In this document: piece after piece, positions 58,161-64,000 of the stretch | How the letters are laid out: every line of letters begins with the position of its first letter | Numbering within the stretch: the first letter of the stretch is position 1 | Assembly: GCA_046290225.1 (NCBI GenBank) | Contig: JBKAGE010000039.1 | Span: 1 to 64,000 of the forward strand | Reading direction: 5' to 3' | DNA: 64,000 nt | Origin: Bradymonadia bacterium | GTDB taxonomy: Bacteria > Myxococcota_A > Bradymonadia > UBA7976 > UBA1532 | Notes under the pieces: generated by a model | Seen by the model: the letters and a program-made list of their open reading frames with translations, nothing else | What the model was told of the DNA's origin: nothing | Database searches by the model: none | Made by a program: the position numbers and the translations under genes

Positions 58161-59720
58161 ATGAGTCAGCACAACGATGTATCAAAGCCAGTCGTCGCTG
58201 GGCGATCGCCCATCGCCGTGGAGCTCGAGCAAGGCAAGGCCTACCATTTCTGCGTATGCGGGCGATCTGCGTCACAACCATATTGCGACGGATCCCACGT
58301 GGGCACGGGCCTCTCGCCCAAACGTTTTGTCGCTGAGGAGACAGGTCAGGCGCATTTGTGCGCCTGTAAACACACAGGCAACGCACCGTTTTGTGATGGC
58401 ACGCACACACGGTTCCAAGAGGCTGATGTGGGCAAGCCCGGGCCAGGGCGCGATGCGAAGTCGGGTGCCCTCCCGGAGCCGGTGCCCTCGCCAGAAGAGC
58501 CCCACGTGGCCCTCATCCATCAGCTGGCAAGAGAGGGCCTGAAGCACCTCGGTCATCACGGCCCGATGACCGCCATGGGCGTGCCCAGAGATCAGCTGCC
58601 CAAGTGGGACGACATCCAAATCATGACGGCACAGCTCGCCCGTAGGCCGCTCATGGAGGAAGAGGCCGTGGACACCCGACTGGTCATCGGGCCACGGGCA
58701 GACAAGCCCCTCACCCTCGACATCCCACTGTTCGTCTCCGACATGAGCTTTGGTGCGCTGTCCGAAGAGGCAAAGATCTCTCTCGCACGGGGTGCAGAGA
58801 TGGCGGGGACGGGCATCTGCTCTGGCGAGGGGGGCATGCTGCCCGAAGAGCAGGCAGAGAACAGCCGCTACTTCTATGAGCTGGCGAGCGCTCAATTCGG
58901 CTTCGACGAGGCGCTGATGCCGCGAGTGCAGGCCTTTCACTTCAAGGGCGGCCAGGGGGCTAAGACCGGCACCGGAGGCCACCTGCCGGGGGAGAAGAAC
59001 CGCGGCAAGATCTCTACAGTGAGAGGCATCCCCGAAGGTCAGCCGGCGATCTCGCCACCCACGTTCAAAGACTTGAAGTCCGTGGACGACTTCCGACGCT
59101 TCGCTGATCGGATCCGGAGCCTCACCGGAGGGATCCCCATCGGCTTCAAGCTCAGCGCCAACCACATCGAGCGTGATGTGCAATTCGCTCTCGACGCCAG
59201 CGCGGACTACATCATCCTCGATGGCCGTGGTGGCGGCACAGGCGCGGCGCCGGCGCTGTTTCGAGATCACATCAGCGTGCCCACGATCCCCGCGTTGTCC
59301 CGAGCGCGTAGATACCTCGATGAGCAGGGGCGCTCTGGTGAGGTGACCCTCATCATCACGGGGGGCTTGAGAACGCCCGCAGACTTCAGCAAGGCCTTGT
59401 GTCTGGGCGCTGACGGCATCGCTGTCTCAAACGCCGCCATGCAGGCCATTGGTTGCGTAGGGGCCAGGATGTGCAACACGAATCAGTGTCCGGCGGGCAT
59501 CGCCACTCAGCAGGAGTCGCTACGAAAGCGCCTGAATGTTCAGATCGCCGCATTGCGTCTGTCGCGCTTCTTCGGCGCGGTCACCGAGCTCATGCAAGTG
59601 ATGGCTCGGGCATGTGGTCACGACAGCTTGGGCGCGTTCTCTATGGACGACATCGCCACATGGCATTACGAACTCTCACGCCTGGCGAGGATCCCCTACG
59701 CAGGAGAGGCGTCACGTTGA
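58161..59720 (+). CDS. FMN-binding glutamate-synthase-family protein with two N-terminal CDGSH Fe-S domains
   Basis: CVCGRS..PYCDGSH and CACKHT..PFCDGTH; MSFGALS, SGEGG, GQGAKTGTGG, DGRGGGTGA, C..ARMCNTNQCPAGIATQ. Confidence 0.9.
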   Translation: MSQHNDVSKPVVAGRSPIAVELEQGKAYHFCVCGRSASQPYCDGSHVGTGLSPKRFVAEETGQAHLCACKHTGNAPFCDGTHTRFQEADVGKPGPGRDAKSGALPEPVPSPEEPHVALIHQLAREGLKHLGHHGPMTAMGVPRDQLPKWDDIQIMTAQLARRPLMEEEAVDTRLVIGPRADKPLTLDIPLFVSDMSFGALSEEAKISLARGAEMAGTGICSGEGGMLPEEQAENSRYFYELASAQFGFDEALMPRVQAFHFKGGQGAKTGTGGHLPGEKNRGKISTVRGIPEGQPAISPPTFKDLKSVDDFRRFADRIRSLTGGIPIGFKLSANHIERDVQFALDASADYIILDGRGGGTGAAPALFRDHISVPTIPALSRARRYLDEQGRSGEVTLIITGGLRTPADFSKALCLGADGIAVSNAAMQAIGCVGARMCNTNQCPAGIATQQESLRKRLNVQIAALRLSRFFGAVTELMQVMARACGHDSLGAFSMDDIATWHYELSRLARIPYAGEASR

Positions 59721-59728
59721 CGAGTCGG

Positions 59729-60253
59729 TCAGGGGGCCACCAATCGCGCGTCCAGTGTGTTGAAGCCCACTTTCTCGTAGCTCCGAATGGCCCCAGTGTT
59801 GCTCTGGGTGACGTACACTTCGGCCACATGGAGGTCGAGGCCTCTCATCCACGCCTGGGCCCGCTGAAGCAACTGTGTCGATATGCCTCGATGGCGCGCC
59901 TCGGGGCAGACATAGACCCACGAGATCACCCCGATGGCGCCACACAGGTAATAGTCCGTCTGCTGCCCTGCCTGTACGATCCCGAGGGGGGTGTCGCCCT
60001 CAACGGCGAGTTCGATGTGGGTGTGTGGATCATCCACGGCCTTGAGCAGCTCGGCATAGTCTCGATCGACGAGGCTATGGTCCTGGATGTGCGCGCGAAT
60101 GTCCTGCGGTGTCCAGGGCAGACCATAGACCTCGACCCACCCGGCGATGTGGTGTTGCATGTAGTCGTACAGCCAGCGGCGGACGATGTCTTCGTCGTCC
60201 CAGCTCAACGTGCGAAATTGAATCAGTGGGGTGCTCCTTTTACGACCATCCAA
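59729..60253 (-). CDS. GNAT family N-acetyltransferase
   Basis: VYVCPEARHRGIS motif A; N..AIRSYEKVGF. Confidence 0.85.
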   Translation of the reverse strand: MDGRKRSTPLIQFRTLSWDDEDIVRRWLYDYMQHHIAGWVEVYGLPWTPQDIRAHIQDHSLVDRDYAELLKAVDDPHTHIELAVEGDTPLGIVQAGQQTDYYLCGAIGVISWVYVCPEARHRGISTQLLQRAQAWMRGLDLHVAEVYVTQSNTGAIRSYEKVGFNTLDARLVAP

Positions 60254-60266
60254 TGGGTGGGGTGCA

Positions 60267-60959
60267 TCAATTCACATCGTCGTCCACCCGCCATGACAGC
60301 CCGATGAACGGGGTGATGTCCTGTGTACCGTGGACCAACTCGTCCACCAGCGGCTTGCCGCCTCGCTGGTCGTAGTACCGGATGCGGTAGTTCACTCGCA
60401 ACGCCACATCCAGCGTCTCAGTGATGGGTACATGGGCGCCGAGGCCGAACATCCAGGCCACCGTCGGCGATGTCTCCAGAGCATCGTCTACATTGCCGGC
60501 GGTGTTCGGCAGATCGCCCCGAGCATCATCCGTTCTGCGGCCCAACAGTCCATACCCCAGCTCCAGATACAGCTGCTTCCACTGGCCCCGAACGACCGGC
60601 CCCAACCACAGCTCCGAGAAGCCTCCGCCGACCTCGCCTTCCACCACTGTCATGTTGTTCTCGTCCAAGCCTTCGAAGCGGCCCGCCCGTCGGGTGCCTG
60701 CGTCATATTGCAAGAAGCCTCCCACCGAGAGAGGGCCCCAAGCGTGCCATGTGGCGTAGGTGACCGCCCCCAGGCGGCTCTCTTCGACGAGTCGCTCTCC
60801 CCGAGCACCGCCGATCTCCGACTTCACCTGCTGCTCGAAGCGGCTGAGGGTGAGGCCGACGTCGAATCGCCATGATTCTGTAGGCCAGGGGCTCTCGGCG
60901 TTGCTGAGGGTCGGCGCGCTGAGGATGAGCAGGCACGGGGCAATGTACAGAGGGCGCAT
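60267..60959 (-). CDS. Probable outer-membrane beta-barrel protein
   Basis: Signal peptide, amphipathic strands, TPFIGLSWR near the C-terminus. Confidence 0.65.
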   Translation of the reverse strand: MRPLYIAPCLLILSAPTLSNAESPWPTESWRFDVGLTLSRFEQQVKSEIGGARGERLVEESRLGAVTYATWHAWGPLSVGGFLQYDAGTRRAGRFEGLDENNMTVVEGEVGGGFSELWLGPVVRGQWKQLYLELGYGLLGRRTDDARGDLPNTAGNVDDALETSPTVAWMFGLGAHVPITETLDVALRVNYRIRYYDQRGGKPLVDELVHGTQDITPFIGLSWRVDDDVN

Positions 60960-61016
60960 GGGCTCGACTCCAAGTCAGGGGGCAGGCAACCTCTTACACC
61001 TCTGAGCGTGCTGGCT

Positions 61017-61895
61017 CTACTCCGTCCAGCCACAGCCGATGTCGAAGAAGTCGCGCGGAGCGTCGATGAGGGTCTGAACCCAGTACATGCGCCAGTCGGT
61101 GGCGAAGAGCGCGAACTTCGCTACATCTTCGTCCTGCTCTGCGGCTGCGAGCATCCATTCGCTGTCGAGGTCCACCCGACCCTCGGCGTTGCCCAGCCCT
61201 GGGATCCTGGTCGACAGCCTGCCGATGTCGGTGCGCTCCGCCCATGGATCCGTCTCTTTGTCCTGGGGCAACATGCCCGGCAGGTCGGACCACGCCTCCA
61301 CGAAGGTCATCTCCCCAGCATCATTGAACGTGAACTCCTCGTAGATGGGGCATGGGCCCTTGCGATACTCGAAGACGACGTAGCAGCGGGCGAAGGGCTG
61401 AGTGTCGAAGAATCTGCAGTCACGGACGGGCACTGTAGAAGGGTCGAGCTCCATCAGTGCGTCGATGTCTTCGATGAGGTCGGCTGCGGTGAAGCCCGTG
61501 AGCAGCAGCCACGGCGGCCATTCCCAGCGGGCGGCAAGCTCCGAATAGTTCGGAAGACTGCCCCGCGGGGCGTCGACGTCGAGGGTGTCGAAGTAGATCG
61601 AGCCCTGCTCGGCGTAATATTCCGGGCTCAGCGTAGGGCTGAGGCAGCCCGCCGTGGCTCCAGGAGTACCGGCGTTCAGGCAGGGGGCCGGCTCGAAAGC
61701 CACCTCGGCGTCGGGCAGGCTGGCGTCAGGCGTTCCCACATCAGCGAAGGCGGCATCAGGTGTACCCGAAGGGCCGCCTCCAGCGGCATCATGAGCACTG
61801 TCGTCGTCACAGCCTGAGAGGCAGAGGGTGCCGCTGAGCATCAACACAAGGCGGAGATCATGCTGGGTGCGTGCCCTGAGCAGAGACGGCTTCAT
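61017..61895 (-). CDS. Hypothetical lipoprotein
   Basis: LSGC-DDD followed by a PDA linker and an aromatic/Cys-containing domain. Confidence 0.75.
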   Translation of the reverse strand: MKPSLLRARTQHDLRLVLMLSGTLCLSGCDDDSAHDAAGGGPSGTPDAAFADVGTPDASLPDAEVAFEPAPCLNAGTPGATAGCLSPTLSPEYYAEQGSIYFDTLDVDAPRGSLPNYSELAARWEWPPWLLLTGFTAADLIEDIDALMELDPSTVPVRDCRFFDTQPFARCYVVFEYRKGPCPIYEEFTFNDAGEMTFVEAWSDLPGMLPQDKETDPWAERTDIGRLSTRIPGLGNAEGRVDLDSEWMLAAAEQDEDVAKFALFATDWRMYWVQTLIDAPRDFFDIGCGWTE

Positions 61896-62038
61896 GAGAT
61901 CTCCGTGCGTGATTCAGCAACATCCTCTCACACGCGTCGAGGCGAGAGGCAAGACACCTGTACGCCGACTGGACTGTCCGACAGGTTCGAGATCGATGCT
62001 ATACATGTGCTCCACGCAAGCACCTGCGGAGCCTGTCT

Positions 62039-63049
62039 GTGAAGATCGCTGTCTTCAGCACCAAACCGTATGACCGTGCCGCCCTCGACGCGGCCAACGG
62101 CGCCCACGGGCACACGCTGATCTACCTCGAGCCCCACCTCGACGCCACCACGGCACCGCTGGCCTCTGGAGTCGAGGCCGTGTGCCCCTTCGTCAACGAC
62201 GATCTCTCGGCGCCGGTCCTCAAGACACTCGCCGAGGGTGGGGTGAAGCTGTTGACCCTGCGCTCTGCGGGGTTCAACCACGTCGACCTCCAAGAGGCGG
62301 CACGGCTGGGCATCACCGTAGCCCGCGTGCCTGCCTACTCGCCTCATGCCGTGGCTGAGCATGCCATGGGGTTGATCCTCACCCTCAACCGCAAGTTTCA
62401 TCGGGCCCACCAGCGGGTGCGAGAGGGCAACTTCGCCCTACAGGGTTTGCTGGGGTTCGACCTGAGGGGCAAGACCATCGGGGTGCTGGGTACGGGCAAG
62501 ATCGGCGCAGCGTTCTGCCACATCGCGCTGGGCTTCGGTTGTCGGGTCGTGGCCTGTGACCTCTACCCCAGCGATGACGTGAAGGCCATGGGCGTAGAGT
62601 ATGCAGATCTGGCCTCCGTCTTTGCCTGTGCCGACGTGATCGCGCTGCACATGCCCCTCACCCCGGAGACCCATCACGTCGTCGACGCGAAAGCCATCGA
62701 GCAGATGAAACGTGGCGTCATGCTCATCAACACGAGCCGTGGTGCTCTAGTGGACACCCGGGCGGTGATCGAGGGGCTCAAGCACGGTCACATCGGCGCC
62801 CTGGGGCTCGATGTGTACGAAGAGGAGGCCGACCTGTTCTTCGAGGACCTCTCCAACACCGTGATTCAAGATGATGTGTTCGCGCGTCTGCTGACGTTCC
62901 CCAACGTGGTCATCACCGGACACCAGGGATTCTTCACCCGAGAGGCCCTGCAAGCCATCGCCGAGACGACGTTGGCCAACGTCACGGCCTTCGAGCGCGG
63001 CGAAGGCACGCTGCACGCGGTGAGCACAGAGGTTCAGGGCGTTCGATGA
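62039..63049 (+). CDS. ldhA: D-lactate dehydrogenase / D-2-hydroxyacid dehydrogenase
   Basis: RSAGFNHVD, PAYSPHAVAEH, GTGKIG, LDVYEEE, TGHQGFFT. Confidence 0.9.
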   Translation: MKIAVFSTKPYDRAALDAANGAHGHTLIYLEPHLDATTAPLASGVEAVCPFVNDDLSAPVLKTLAEGGVKLLTLRSAGFNHVDLQEAARLGITVARVPAYSPHAVAEHAMGLILTLNRKFHRAHQRVREGNFALQGLLGFDLRGKTIGVLGTGKIGAAFCHIALGFGCRVVACDLYPSDDVKAMGVEYADLASVFACADVIALHMPLTPETHHVVDAKAIEQMKRGVMLINTSRGALVDTRAVIEGLKHGHIGALGLDVYEEEADLFFEDLSNTVIQDDVFARLLTFPNVVITGHQGFFTREALQAIAETTLANVTAFERGEGTLHAVSTEVQGVR

Positions 63050-63070
63050 GAGACAGCGGCCCGTTGCCGA

Positions 63071-64000
63071 TCAATCGCAGGTGCACGACAGCGGCGCGGC
63101 GGTGAGCTGGTTGACGGCTGCGCCTGGCAGACAGATCGAACCATCGAAAGGCAGTGCAGCAGCTGCAGCGGCGCTGCAGTCGCGGCAGCAAGCGTAGGCC
63201 CCCTGGCACTCACCGGCGTCGCAGCCCTCCCGTGTGCAGAAGCCCGTGCCCTGACCTTGAGGATCAAAGCACGTGCTGGCGCCTTCGCTCGGGCAATCAT
63301 CGTCGCTCTGGCAGAAGGTGCCCGTGCCGTCCTCGGTCACTGGCAGCTGCTGGCCGCCGCCCTCGGCGCTTGGGGCGCCAGGGATCTCCTGGATGTTCGG
63401 GTAGGAGATCAGAGAATAATTGTCCGCGAGCGCTGCACGCCGGTGATGCTGCCCTGCCTGCCGGGCCTCGTCTTCGAGCAGGGCCTGGAACCCGGCCATG
63501 CTGGGCATCCGCACGATGTTGATCTCGCTCCACTCGCGGCCGTCGCCGATGAACACACCCTGCACGACGAGGCGGGCCGTCGGGTAGACGCCGATGGCCT
63601 CAGAAGCCTCAGCGCCGGCGGCGGCGTATACCTCCCAGGCTTCTTGCCCAGTGCGTTCGGGCTCGTCGGTCCCCTCATCGTATTGAGCGACGTCGTGGAA
63701 GCGCTGCACATGGACCAGCTCGAAGGCCGGATCGGCTGGATCTGCGAAGGGGCTCTCTGGTGGCGTGAAGCCTTCGGGCAGGGGGGAAGATTGCAGCTCG
63801 GTCACCATCACGAGGCTCTCCTCAACCCCTGCCTCCTTGTGTACGGACCGGGCCTGGAACTCAGGGTGGGCGAGCATCGAGAAGAAGGCGAGCGGGCAGG
63901 GGTACTCCACGATGGCCACGGTCTCCCAGATCGTGTCGTCTCCGTCGATCTGCTCGTTCACCGAGGCTGAGAAGACGACCCGGGCGCCGATGGCCGTGAG
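63071..64000 (-). CDS. 5'-truncated protein with DUF1330-like repeats and a Cys-rich C-terminal module
   Basis: Frame open to the window edge; WETVAIVEYP...F..M pattern twice; CQSDDDC...FCTREGC...CC tail. Confidence 0.65.
   Translation of the reverse strand, partial: LTAIGARVVFSASVNEQIDGDDTIWETVAIVEYPCPLAFFSMLAHPEFQARSVHKEAGVEESLVMVTELQSSPLPEGFTPPESPFADPADPAFELVHVQRFHDVAQYDEGTDEPERTGQEAWEVYAAAGAEASEAIGVYPTARLVVQGVFIGDGREWSEINIVRMPSMAGFQALLEDEARQAGQHHRRAALADNYSLISYPNIQEIPGAPSAEGGGQQLPVTEDGTGTFCQSDDDCPSEGASTCFDPQGQGTGFCTREGCDAGECQGAYACCRDCSAAAAAALPFDGSICLPGAAVNQLTAAPLSCTCD

Overview
GC-rich bacterial chromosomal region. The protein style (many lipoproteins with Asp/Gly/Pro-Asp-Ala linkers) suggests a Myxococcota/Bradymonadia-like organism; this is inference. 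It holds about 57 CDS of accessory metabolism: detoxification enzymes (2 GSTs, 3 SDRs, a haloalkane dehalogenase fusion, an MBL hydrolase, an intradiol dioxygenase), six LysR regulators, three OmpR-type two-component pairs and many lipid-anchored hydrolases. It also holds a beta-barrel/sulfite-oxidase-family Mo enzyme/triheme cytochrome c/SulP cluster, a heme c-fused copper monooxygenase, a ZigA-type zinc chaperone with an upstream palindrome, and a tandem gene duplication. I saw no rRNA, tRNA, CRISPR array, integrase or transposase. The most striking non-coding signal is a roughly 180-bp intergenic repeat with 3 full copies, two of them forming an inverted pair, plus a 20-nt remnant. It is built from hairpins with C-GNA-G triloops, tandem GA mismatches, compensatory changes and YTAC/GTAR flanks, so it is a candidate new REP/REPIN-like single-stranded-DNA-folding element. 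Product calls rest on motif recognition by eye; no database searches were run.
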